A stretch of DNA of 63,626 nucleotides, filler included, from Chiloscyllium plagiosum (GCF_004010195.1; 5 parts of one record of this genome joined end to end with filler, not necessarily neighbours in it), one strand, 5' to 3'; counted from the whole stretch's first letter, positions 51,301 to 62,160 are shown. Translations and numbers: made by a program. The notes: generated from the letters alone by a model not told the origin.

Positions 51301-53127
51301 GTCACTAGAAGGTTTTCTGTACTTAGATATTTTTATTACCCCAGTATTTGGTCAGCTATATAAAGCCAATTATGTACACTTATTAGAGAAAATAAGGCAG
51401 GACCTTCAACATTGGGAAGATCTCCCAATATCCTGGCTAGGCACAATCGCCTTAGTTAAGATGAATATCCTATCTCGTCTTCGATATCCTATGAGAATGC
51501 TCCCCTTGATGTTGCCGAGTCAGGCATTACGTAAGCTTTACAGTTGGCTCGGCTCCTTTATTTGGAATCACAGACGGCCCCTTATCAAATTAGAAAAGCT
51601 GCAGCTCCCACAAATAAGGGGAGGACTGGACTTTCCAGATTTCAGGAGGCACCAATTGAGTTCCTTATTATCTTGTGTAGCTGATTGGGTCTCTTGTGAC
51701 CCACAATCAATCTGGTTAGATATTGAGATTTCCCAAGCAAAATGTCCCCTCATCAATCTATTATTTATGGACAAAATGAGAGTTATTACGGACTATTGTA
51801 AAAACCCTATATTACTAAATACAATTAAAGCCTGGAGGATAATGTGACAAGATGAGGGTAACTTGCAAAAACCTTCCCCTTATACCCCCATAGTGGGAAC
51901 ATTGGGATTTCAGCCAGGGCTGACTGATGCTACATTTAAAACTTGGGAATCCAGTGGTATCTCCTTTTTGGGAGACCTGTTCGATGGGGAGGTTATAATA
52001 TCCTTTGAGCAGCTGCGCCAGAAGTTTGGACTGCCTAACAAGGACCTCTTTCGGTATTTTCAAATACGAGACTTTATACAAAAGAAGACCACATTGATCC
52101 TTATAAATTGGATAGGGAGAGGAGAGTGCTATGGCTGATGGGGCCACCCTTGGTCAGTACTCTTTATCATTCACTATACAATAAGGTGTCGGAGGACATG
52201 GAACGATTACATAAAACCTGGATTCAAGAATTAGGGTTGGAAATCTCTTTAGAAATGTGGGAGGATGTCTGGGAAAATACCAGAAGGATCTCTATCTGTA
52301 ACAGAACTCAGGCTACTCAATTTAAGATACTTCACCGGGCTCATATGGCACCTGAATGACTCACAAAGTTCAAAGCAGGAGCATTGCCATGCGTCCTAAA
52401 TGCAGAATAGAAGTTAGCACTCTCACGCATTGTCTATGGACATGCCATAAGATCCATAGGTATTGGGATAGAGTAGCAAATGCCTTGACAGAGATCCTGG
52501 GTACGGAGATTGGACCGGATCCAACCCCCTACTTTTGGGCTCTCCAAATGTTCCCTCTTGGACATTTATGGGAGGAAATTATTTACTATCCTCTCCTTCT
52601 GTGCGAGGAAAAAATATTTTAGTGAATTGGGTATCCGAAGGACCCCAGGACTTTCAAACTGGCACAGGATAGTCATGAAATATATTCACGAATATGGTGG
52701 ACCAAAAAATGGAATTATTTTATAAAACATGGTAGCCCTTTCTGAACTACATTGACACAAACGTTTCGGCCAGATTGTCCAGGGCTTTTATTTAGCTGTG
52801 GTAATGGTTCTGGCTGGTTCGGGGGCCCCTGGGAAGAGGAATCCTGTATAAATACGGGTTCTATTATGACTTGATATAAATCTATTTTGAGCACGTATCT
52901 AGTTATTTAATTATTCTGTTGTTTACTGTTAGTAATGTATGATATCCTATTTTATGTCTTGGTTGTTTGTAGAATAGATTAGTGGTTAGTTTTATTTATT
53001 TATTTAATTTCATATTGGTGTTGCTACTATATTGTAGAGTGTTATATACTAGTTTGTATTATTTTTTGTAATTTTGTAAAAAATCTTAAAAATTTTCTTT
53101 TTCAATGAAAATATCAATATAAAAAAA
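48329..53127 (+). mobile_element. L1-clade LINE: near-complete frameshifted ORF2 (APE, RT, Cys domain), 3' UTR and short poly(A), with duplicated 5' part
   Basis: SWNVKG...LLQETHL, IIGGDFNC, TRIDMFF...ISDHA, YRPISLLNVDFKILSK, SLDAEKAFDRVEW, LYADG, GGLDFP, KCRIEVSTLTHCLWTC; A7 at 53121-53127. Confidence 0.93.
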
Positions 53128-54243
53128 GTTGGTTTGTTCAAATACTGGTTCAGAAAATGCTTTTAAGTAGTTCTGGCTGGTTCGGGGGCCCCCAGGAAGA
53201 GGAATCCCATATAATGACTTGATATAAATCTATTTTGAGCATGTATCTAGTTATTTAATTATTCTGTTGTTTACTGTTAGTAATGTATGATATCCTATTT
53301 TATGTCTTGGTTGTTTGTAGAATAGATTAGTGGTTAGTTTTATTTATTTATTTAATTTCATATTGGTGTTGCTACTATATTGTAAAGTGTTATATACTAG
53401 TTTGTATTATTTTTTGTAATTTTGTAAAAAATCTTAAAAATTTTCTTTTTCAATGAAAATATCAATATAAAAAAAGTTGGTTTGTTCAAATACTGGTTCA
53501 GAAAATGCTTTTAAGTAACTGTTTTCCCTTGTTTGAATCAGGATCTCAATTCAATGTGTTTTGTGGGCTGTGTAAAATGGGGCAGATTTTGTTTTTACAT
53601 TGAAATAGTACAACATTGTATCCTTTTTAAAATGATCAACCTTGTGAGCTTAATACTAATTGATTGAGTGTCTTGAGCCCCTGAATTATTTGAAATTCTA
53701 CATTGCCTGTTAAAAAAAACAGTTCTGTCAGTGATCATGCTGTAGCCAGATAAGATATTAAAATATCTTTGTTGCTGCTGTGTTTTTAATGCAGTGCTCA
53801 CAAAAGGATGGGGGCATTTTTAGTTTGATGTTTTGTTAAGATTTTCAAGAGAATATTAGAACTTGAGGTTGAGCTGCTTAAATTCTGTTAATTATTGTTG
53901 GGACTTTGTTGGCCCCCTTCATATTGCAATCTGGTCAGCATGGATGGGTTGGACAGAAGGGTCTGTTTCCATGCTGTACATCTCTATGACTCTATGACTC
54001 TAATGTTGATCTCTACCAAAGTTGCCAATGTAATTCCAACTGTTTTATTTGGGAAGTTCTGTTGGGAGAATATATTTTAAAATGTTCGGCATTTATTTCC
54101 CACGAATATTTGAAATTTAAATCTGAACTGAAACTACCTCTTCAATTGCTAAGGAATTCAATTCAAAACACAGGAAACATTTTGTTGTTTTTTTTTTGCT
54201 GTTCCAGACTTTGGAAATACTTTTCCTGACAGCTTTTACATTA

Positions 54244-54400
54244 GGAGAAAATGAGGACTGCAGATGATGGAGATCAGAGTCAAGAGTGTAGTACTGGAAA
54301 AGCACAGCAGGTCAGGCAGCATCCAAGGAGCAGGGCTTATACCTGAAACGTCAATTCTCCTGCTCCTCGGATGCTGCCTGACCTGCTGTGCTTTTCCAGC
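54244..54400. mobile_element. Short fold-back PLE-terminus derivative
   Basis: Perfect TSD CAGCTTTTACATTA(G) at 54230-54244 and 54397-54411; inverted arms; partial core GGGCTTATACCTGAAACGTC. Confidence 0.88.
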
Positions 54401-54830
54401 TTTTACATTAGCCAAGTATCAATTTGTTAGAAGAAAATAATTGTTGAATAACCTGAATGGGGTCCCCTGAGGCTTTGATTTTAGGACCACTGATTGTTGT
54501 TTATAATTGACTGAATTGTTTAGGCAGTACAATTTAGAAGTTTATGGATTGTATAAAACTTGACATTGTCATAAATAATGAACAGAGTAACAGACTTCAA
54601 GAATTCAAAGAATGTTAAAATTGGCAAACACAATTTAGTGTCGTTAAATATGTGACTGTCTTCATGCTGATACCCACCTTGGCAAGGAAGGAATGTGAGA
54701 GGAAATGCAAAGATACTTTCAGCAGTTAACATCTTCTCTAGAGTTTCTCCATTCACAGGTAAAGCACACCTTCAGACCACCGCCCACCCCTCCAAAATCT
54801 GATCCAATGGATTCAATCAGCTCCCCAGTC

Positions 54831-55136
54831 ATGAGCATGAAAAGTGAAGAAGCTAACAACAGGGAAGAGGAGGTCAGAACACTTTTTGTCAGTGGCCTTT
54901 CTATGGACATTAAACCACGTGAGCTTTAGCTTGTCTTTCGATCATTTAAGGGATATGAAGGTTCACAGATCAAGCTAGCATCACAACATTTAACAGCAGA
55001 GCAGGAGCAGAAGCAGCAAAGAATGCTGTGTTCACCTATGGTGCTGCTGCAGCTACTACACTGCAGGGTCCAATGGGCTGGTATCCTCCATCTGAAGCAT
55101 CTCTGAAAGGATGGAATTCTCGTCAGTTTTGTTTAG
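54831..55136 (+). pseudogene. RBPMS2: Processed pseudogene of an RBPMS-family RRM protein (closest to RBPMS2)
   Basis: EEEVRTLFVSGLSMDIKPREL*LVFRSFKGYEGSQIKL, SRAGAEAAKNA and C-terminal WYPPSEASLKGWNSRQFC; intronless, premature stop at 54927-54929, internal deletions. Confidence 0.88.
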
Positions 55137-55501
55137 TATTTAGCTGCCCTTATGCAAGAATTCAGACTTCTCTGTGGAGTAGTGTGCAAGGACAGCTGGA
55201 TTTTGTTTTCAGGTTGGACTTTACTAAAAGGGGTTTTGGAGAACTGGCTCACTTCCACTTGGCCTGAAGTGGATAGTGTGGTCACTAAGGTCTGTGGATT
55301 TAAGAACTTTACTGGTGAGTTTCTTTTCCACAAGGGAGGATTCTTCAAATTCTATTCACTGTAACGGATTAATGATTTTTGTTGTTATAATCACTGAATG
55401 TTGTGTATCAATAGCTTGCTTAAATACTGTCTATCAGAATCTTATGAAAGCTGGTAATGTCATTGGATATCATGAAATGATAAAAGGAGGAAATGAGAAT
55501 G

Positions 55502-56039
55502 TGTATAGGGTACGAGTAGGTAGGGCAAGAGTTAAGTTCCGAGTTTTGTGAAACAAGAGGTTCAGCTGAGCATGACACAGATCAGATAAGAACTTACAGT
55601 TAACAACGGGGTGCTGCAGGCAAGGGTAATGGATTAACAAGGTGGGAAAGCATTCATTATGTAGAGCCATTTAACAAGATGAGGTAGAATTCAATACATA
55701 ACACCAGTTAACAAGGTGAAAAGTATTCATTATGTGAAGTCAGTTATTCATTGTGTAATAGCAGATGGCTTCATCTTTACTATTGACCATCCCTGATTGT
55801 AATGGTCACCCAATCTATATGTATGTTGCCTTATCTGGATGCTCCTCCCTGTAAAATGACTATATAGTTCATTGAGAAACTGGTGTTCCAGAGAAGACCA
55901 TGAACTCATGTCTCTGTGTTCATGGGTGATCATTCTCTCTCCTTCCGGGGCCTGGAATAAAGATGAAGGGGGTAAAACTATACTGTGTCTCTGAGTGTTT
56001 TGCTTTGACTGAGGTGGGGGGGGGGGGGGGGGGGAAACA
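55502..56039 (+). mobile_element. Probable solo LTR (ERV or LTR retrotransposon)
   Basis: TGT...ACA ends; flanks GAATG/GGATG; direct repeats at 55634-55662 and 55708-55735; CCAAT 55810, TATATA 55861, AATAAA 55956 in U3-R-U5 order. Confidence 0.65.
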
Positions 56040-56549
56040 GGATGACAATTGAATCTGTCTTGTCTTCAACTGTCCTTTTCTCCCCATCTCACAGTAGAGT
56101 CATAGAGTTTGACAACACAGGAAGAGGCATTTTAGCCCATCATGACCACACTGATCATCCAGCACAAGTCCTCTCACTTGTCATCATGAACTCCAGTCCC
56201 ATTTCCCAGCACTTAGCCTGTAGTCTTGTATGTTGTAGTGTTTCAGGTGCTCATCAAAGCAACTCCTGCCTCTCCAACAACTTCATGTTTCTCTGCCCAC
56301 TAGGTCCAATCTTCCAATGCTGTTCAAAAATTGTTACAATCAATCCAAGTCGTCAAGATCCGATATTCCCCAACAAGGCCACCTTGACAAATCCTTGTTC
56401 CTTAAATTTCCCAAAGGTCCCATCTGTTTGGTACCCTTCACTTCTACTAGAAACTCTTACAGATATTCTGATAAATTGTGAACATGAAACAGGGCTTTGG
56501 CTTCTCCACGACAGTAGCTGAAAAAAACCAACTGTCCCTCTTCTGTGAG

Positions 56550-57134
56550 TCATAGAACATAGAAACATAGAAGATTACAGCGTAGTACAGGCCCTCGATG
56601 TTGCGCCGACCTGTGAAATTAATCTGATACTCATCTAACCTACACTGTTCCATTATTATCCATGTGTATGTCCAATGCCCATTTAAATGCCCTTAACGTC
56701 AGCAAGTCTACTACTGTTGCAGGCAGGCTGTTCCACTCCCTTACTACTCTCTGAAAAAAGAAGCTACCCCTAATATCTGTCCTAAATCTATCACCCCTCA
56801 ATTCAAAACTATGTCCCCTTGTGTTAGCCTTCACCATCCGAGGAAAAAGGCTCTCGCTGTCCACCCTACCTAACCCTCTGATTGTGTTATATGTCGTGAT
56901 TAAGTCACCTCTCAACCTTCTTCTCTGCATTGAAAAGAGCCTCAGTTCCCTCAGCCTTTCCTCCATACCAGGCAACATACTCATAAATCTCCCCTGAACC
57001 ATTTCCAAAGCTTCCACATCCTTCCTATAATGTAGTGACCAGAACTGTATGCAATACTCCAGATGGAGCCTTACCAGTGTCTTGTACAGCTGAAGCATGA
57101 CCTTGTGGCGCCGAAACTCAATCGCCTACCAATA
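56550..57134 (-). mobile_element. CR1 LINE 3' fragment
   Basis: LQLYKTLVRLHLEYCIQFWS...FFQRVVREWNSLP; (CATAGAA)n tail. Confidence 0.9.
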
Positions 57135-57893
57135 AGAGTCATAGAGTCATAGAGATGTACAGCATGCAAACAGACCCTTCTGTCCAACCCGTCCATGCCG
57201 ACCAGATATCCCACCCCAATCCAGTCCCACCTGCCAGCACCTGGCCCATATCCCTCCAAACCCTTCCTATTCATGTACCCATCCAAATGCCTCTTAAATG
57301 TAGCAATTGTATCAGCCTCCACCAAATACTCTGGCAGCTCATTCCATACACGTACCACCCTCCGCGTGAAAAAGCTGTCCCTTAGGTCTCTTTTATATCT
57401 TTCCCCTCTCACCCTAAACCTATGCCCTCTAGTTCTAGACTCCCCCATCCCAGGGCAAAGACTTTGTCTATTTATCCTATCCATGCCCCTCATTATTTTG
57501 TAAACCTCTATAAGGTTACCCCTCAGCCTCTGACGCTCCAGGGAAAACAGCCCCAGCCTGTTCAGCCTCTCCCTGTAGCTCAGATCCTCCAGCTTTGGCA
57601 ACGTCCTTGTAAACCTTTTCTGAACCCTTTCAAGTTTCACAACATCTTTCCGATAGGAAGGAGACTGGAATTGCATGCAATATTCCAACAGTGACCTGAC
57701 CAATGTCCTGTACAGCTGCAACATGATCTCCCAACTCCTGTACTCAATACTCTGACCAATAAAGGAAAGCATACCAAACGCCTTCTTCACTATCCTATCG
57801 ACCTGCGACTCCACTTTCAAGGAGCTATGAACCTGCACTCTAAGGTCTCTTTGTTCAGCAACACTCCCTGGGACCTTACCATTAAGTGTATAA
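57135..57893 (-). mobile_element. Young CR1 (HER1-like) 3' fragment with open frame
   Basis: ORF 57071-57838 VHSSLKVESQVDRIVKKAFGML...FFTRRVVRVWNELP; (AGAGTCAT)n tail. Confidence 0.95.
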
Positions 57894-60045
57894 GGAGAAA
57901 GTGAGGACTGCAGATGCTGGAGATCAGAGCTGAAAATGTGTTGCTAGAAATGCGCAGCAGGACAGGCAGCATCCAAGGAGCAGAAGAATCGACGTTTCGG
58001 GCATGAGCCCTTCTTCAGGAATGAGGAGAGTGCACCAAACAGGCTAAGATAAAAGGTAGGGAGGTGGGACTTGGGGGAGGGGCATTGGAAATACGATAGG
58101 TGGAAGGAGGTTAAGGTGAGGGTGATAGGCCAGAGTGGGGGTGGGGGCGGAGAGGTCAGGAAGAAGATTGCAGTTTAGGAAGGTGGTGCTGAGTTCGAGG
58201 GTTGGGACTGAGACAAGGTGAGGGGAGGGGAAATGAGGAAACTGGAGAAATCTGAGTTCATCCCTTGTGGTTGGAGGGTTCCTAGGCGGAAGATGAGGCG
58301 CTCTTCCTCCACCCGTCGTATTGCTATGGTCTGGTGATGGAAGAGCCCAAGGACCTGCATGTCCTTGGTGGAGTGGGAGGGGGAGTTGAAGTGTTGAGCC
58401 ACGAGGCGGTTGGGTTGGTTGGTCCGGATGTCCCAGAGGTGTTCTCTGAAACGTTCCGCAAGTAGGCGGCCTGTCTCCCCAACATAGAGGAGGCCACCTT
58501 GGGTGCAGAGGAAGTAAATGATGTGTGTGGAGGTGCAGGTGAATTTGTGGCAGATATGGAAGGAACCCTTGGGGCCTTGAAGGGAAGTAAGGGGGGCGGT
58601 GTGGGCGCAAGTTTTGCATTTCTTGCGGAGAAAGTGAGGGCTGCAGATGCTGGAGATCAGAGCTGAAAATGTGTTGCTGGAAAAGCGTAGAAGGTCAGGC
58701 AGCATCCAAGGAACAGGAGAATCGACATCCTGAAGAAGGGCTTATGCCCCGAAACATCGATTCTCCTGTTCCTTGGATGCTGCCTGACCTGCTGCGCTTT
58801 TCCAGCAACACATTTTCAGCTCTTGCATTTCTTGCAGTTGCAGGGGAAGGTGCTGGGAGTGGAGGTTGGGTTGGTGGGGGGTGTGAACCTGACAAGGGAG
58901 CCATGGAGGGAGGGATTGGTCTTTTCGGAATGCTGATAGGGGAGGGGAGGGAAATATATCCCTGGTGGTGGGTCTGTTTGGAGGTGGCGGAAATGACGGC
59001 GGATGATATGATGTATATGGAGGTTGGTGGGGTGGTAGGTGAGGACCAGTGGGGTTCTGTCCTGGTGGCGGTTGGAGGGGCGGGGCTCAAGGGCGGAGGA
59101 GCAGGAAGTGGAGGAGATACGGTGGAGAGCATCGTCGACCACGTCTGGGAAGAAATTGCGGTCTTTGAAGAAGGAGGCCATCTGGGTTGTTCGGTATTGG
59201 AACTGGTCCTCCTGGGAGCAGATGCGGCGGAGACGAAGGAATTGGGAATATGGGATGGGGCAGGGTGGGAGGTGGTGTAGTCTAGGTAGCTGTGGGAGTC
59301 GGTCGGTTTATAGTTAATGTCCGTGTTGAGTCGGTCGCACGAGATAGAAATGGAGAGGTCTAGGAAGGGGAGGAAGGAGTCTGAGACGGTCCAGGTAAAT
59401 TTGAGGTCGGGGTGGAAGGTGTTAGTAAAGTGGATGAACTGTTCAGCCAGTGTAGCTGCGGAAGATGGACTGTTCCACATATCCTATGAAGAGGCAGGCA
59501 TAGCTGGGGCCCATGCGGGTGCCCATGGCTACTCCTTTGGTTTAGAGGAAGTGGGAGGATTAGAAAGAGAAGTTGTTCAGAGTGAGGACCAGTTCAGTCA
59601 GTCGAAGGAGAGTGTCAGTTGATGGGTACTGGTTGGTACGGCAGGAAAGGAAGAAGCAGAGGGCTTTGAGTGATGGGGGATGGAGGTGTACAGGGACTGG
59701 ATGTCCATGGTGAAGATAAGGCGTTGGGGACTGGGGAAGTGAAAATCTTGGTGGAGGTGGAGGGCGTTGGTGGTGTCCCGAACGTAGGTGGGGAGTTCTT
59801 GGACTAAGGGGGACAGGACCATGTCAAGGTATGCAGAGATGAGTTCGGTGAAGCAGGAGCAGGCTGAGACAATGGGTCGGCCGGGGCAGTCAGGTTTGTG
59901 GATTTTGGGCAGGAGGCAGAAACGTGCGGTGCGGGGTTGTGGGACCATGAGGTTGGAGGCGGTGGATGGGAGATCCCCTGAGGTGATGAGGTTATGGATG
60001 GTCTGGGAGATGATGGGAGGTGGGGTCATGGTCAAGGGGGCAGTA
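57894..60045 (-). mobile_element. Penelope-like element (Neptune-like): RT, linker, GIY-YIG and terminus with hammerhead core
   Basis: LPKIHKPDCPGRPIVS...IFTMDIQSLYTSIPH, GVAMGTRMGP, LPFLDLSI...YKPTDSHSYLDY, LLYVGETGR; core at 57995-58018 (-). Confidence 0.93.
58627..58822. mobile_element. Fold-back terminus derivative inserted into a PLE of its own family
   Basis: TSD TTGCATTTCTTGC at 58614-58626 and 58823-58835; core CTGAAGAAGGGCTTATGCCCCGAAACATC from 58730. Confidence 0.88.
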
Positions 60046-60823
60046 GGCACCTGCCTACGGAACCGACTGATCCCGCACGGAGTCTGGACTATGTTCAGAC
60101 CAACAAAATTTGGACCCAGCCAGGGCAACCAGTACCTATCCGAAGCTTCCAGCAACAGGCCTCCCTTCGGATCCTCCGCTCCACACTTGCAGCCATGCGC
60201 CGCTACCTACATTCCCTGCAACTAGCCCTACCCCAACTCAGGACAACACTCTCACAGAGCTGCAAAGGACCTCTACTGTTCTTCATCCACAGAAGAATCC
60301 ATACACTAAACAAACAGTTCTTCCTAGCCATATCGGAAATTAAAGACAGTAAGTACCAAAAACTTTCATGTACTTACCCCCACACTCTGGGTTCCTCAAC
60401 TGTTCCAGAATCTTCCATTGGCCTCCGTAATCACTCCAGCGCCATTAACCACGCGGCTGCTGCAGAGCCCGCGGCAGCAACCGCCGCCGCGAACCATGAT
60501 GTAACTTCCGCCCTCACCGTCCTTGCAGCCTCCGCGATCGCCGCCCAGACAACCGCCTCCACGATCGCCAGGAAGACAATCGCCAACAGATTTGCGGCCT
60601 CCGCGGGGTCCACGGCTATCGGGAACAACACCGTTTCTGCCGTCGCCACAGCCACTTCCGCCCCCTGGGTTGCCGTCGCCGCAGCCACTTCCGCCCCCAG
60701 TGACATCGCTCATCTGCACAACGACCACGCCGCATGCGTCTCCGTCCCACGCCGATCTCTGTCACCACGCCTAACCCTGCCCCCACGCCGATCTCCGTCA
60801 CCGTGCCTAACCCCACCCCCACG
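60046..60823 (+). mobile_element. Inverted segment, probably PLE ORF N-terminal region with Ala/Pro-rich low-complexity tract
   Basis: TCLRNRLIPHG resembles the PLE N-terminal CxxxxLIPxG motif; abuts the minus-strand RT exactly where that breaks off. Confidence 0.55.
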
Positions 60824-60923
60824 NNNNNNNNNNNNNNNNNNNNNNNNNNNNNNNNNNNNNNNNNNNNTTAATTAATTAANNNNNNNNNNNNNNNNNNNNN
60901 NNNNNNNNNNNNNNNNNNNNNNN
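60824..60923. other. Artificial contig spacer
   Basis: 44N-TTAATTAATTAA-44N. Confidence 0.97.
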
Positions 60924-61188
60924 TCCCTTTCCCCTGTCTGTGTATCCCTCCCTCTCCCTCTTACCCCTTCCCTCTCTCTCTCTCTTTCCCACCCCTCTAT
61001 CTTCAAACCAACCCCCCTTTGGTCTCCTTTCCTGAGCCGCTCTGTGTCTGGTGCATGTGATTGAATATTGCTGGTGAGGTTCTTTGTGATGGTTTCCCTG
61101 TTCTCCTTGTCACTGGGTTGTGTTGGTATTGTTCTGAGCTGGTTCCCAGTTGTTGCTGACCTGGATATTCCTGCTTCTCTTTCTCTAG

Positions 61189-61496
61189 CTGTTAACGGTC
61201 TGGTGTTAAGGGCCTGTGAGGCCCAGGGGAGCGGGACCTGTTTCCAGCTGTCCAGCCTGTCGCTGAGCAAGGAGCACCTGAGTCCCATCCTGAGGGCCCT
61301 GAAACTGCAGACCCCCACCCACCAGCTGTGCCTGTCTGCCAATCGCCTGGGTGACGATACCATGGGGGAGTTGCTGGCCTGCCTGGTAACCATGCCCAAC
61401 CTGAGGGTGCTGGACCTCTCCTCCAATCAGATCACACACCAAGGCCTGAGCACGCTCTGTCAGGCCAGCAGTCTCTCCAGGGACCCCCCTTTCCAA
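61189..61496 (+). CDS. TONSL: Internal coding exon of tonsoku-like protein (start of C-terminal LRR region)
   Basis: Acceptor CTTCTCTTTCTCTAG (ends 61188), donor GTGAGT (61497); open frame VNGLVLRACEAQG...LSPILRALKLQ...LCLSANRLGD...TMPNLRVLDLSSNQIT resembles the recalled vertebrate TONSL segment LTPLLRALKLH...GNRLGD...TMPSLALLDLSSNHL. Confidence 0.88.
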
Positions 61497-61749
61497 GTGA
61501 GTTCCATCTGCTCAGTCAGTGCTGGCTGTGCAAGTACATTTCACCGGGAAGACTCCAGCCTGTCTCATTGAAAGGGAAATCTGAAGATTCTAGCAACAGG
61601 GGCAAAGCGTGGAAGTTTGACACAGAATCACAGTCAAACAGGCCATTCAGCCCCACTGCTATGTGCTAGTGTCCATACTCTACACCAATTACTCATTACC
61701 ACCCGCCAACCTACTGCCTGGTAATGTCACTGGACTGTTAATTCACTGA

Positions 61750-61945
61750 GGAGACAGTGAGGGCTGCAGCTGCTGGAGATCAGAGTTGAGAGTGTGGTGC
61801 TGGAAAAGCACAGCAGGGCAGGCAGCATCCGAGGGGCAGGAGGATCGATGTTTTGGACCAGAGCCCTCCTGATGAAGTTCTCTAGCCCGAAACGTCAAGT
61901 CTCCTGCTCCTCGGATGCTGCCTGACCAGCACCACACTCTCGACT
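61750..61945. mobile_element. Short fold-back PLE-terminus derivative in the TONSL intron
   Basis: Perfect 15-bp TSD CTGTTAATTCACTGA at 61735-61749 and 61946-61960; degenerate core CTGATGA...CCCGAAACGTC at 61869-61896. Confidence 0.88.
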
Positions 61946-61977
61946 CTGTTAATTCACTGACCCAGGTCAACGTGCTG

Positions 61978-62160
61978 GGGACAAAAACAGCAATTGTTGG
62001 AAAAGCACAGCAGGAGTGGCAGCATTGGTGGCAGGGTCGCTGCACCCGAAACATTAACTCTGATTTCTCTCCACAGGTGCTGCCAGACCTGCTGAGCTTT
62101 TCCAGCAACTTCTGCTTTTGTTTCTGATTCCCAGCATCTGCAGGTCTTTCTGTTTTTATT
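61978..62160. mobile_element. Related fold-back element (MER6-like family); further copies near 6025-6125, 22830-22910, 47370-47425 and 63125-63290
   Basis: ACAAAAACAG...GGAAAAGCACAGCAGG / CCTGCTGAGCTTTTCCAGCAA...TTTTGT arms around GGGTCGCTGCACCCGAAACATTAAC. Confidence 0.65.

Noticed and set aside
61068..61571. 167-aa ORF as a single-exon secreted or membrane LRR protein
   Set aside because: The hydrophobic N-terminus is translated intronic polypyrimidine sequence; splice signals delimit an internal TONSL exon at 61189-61496.
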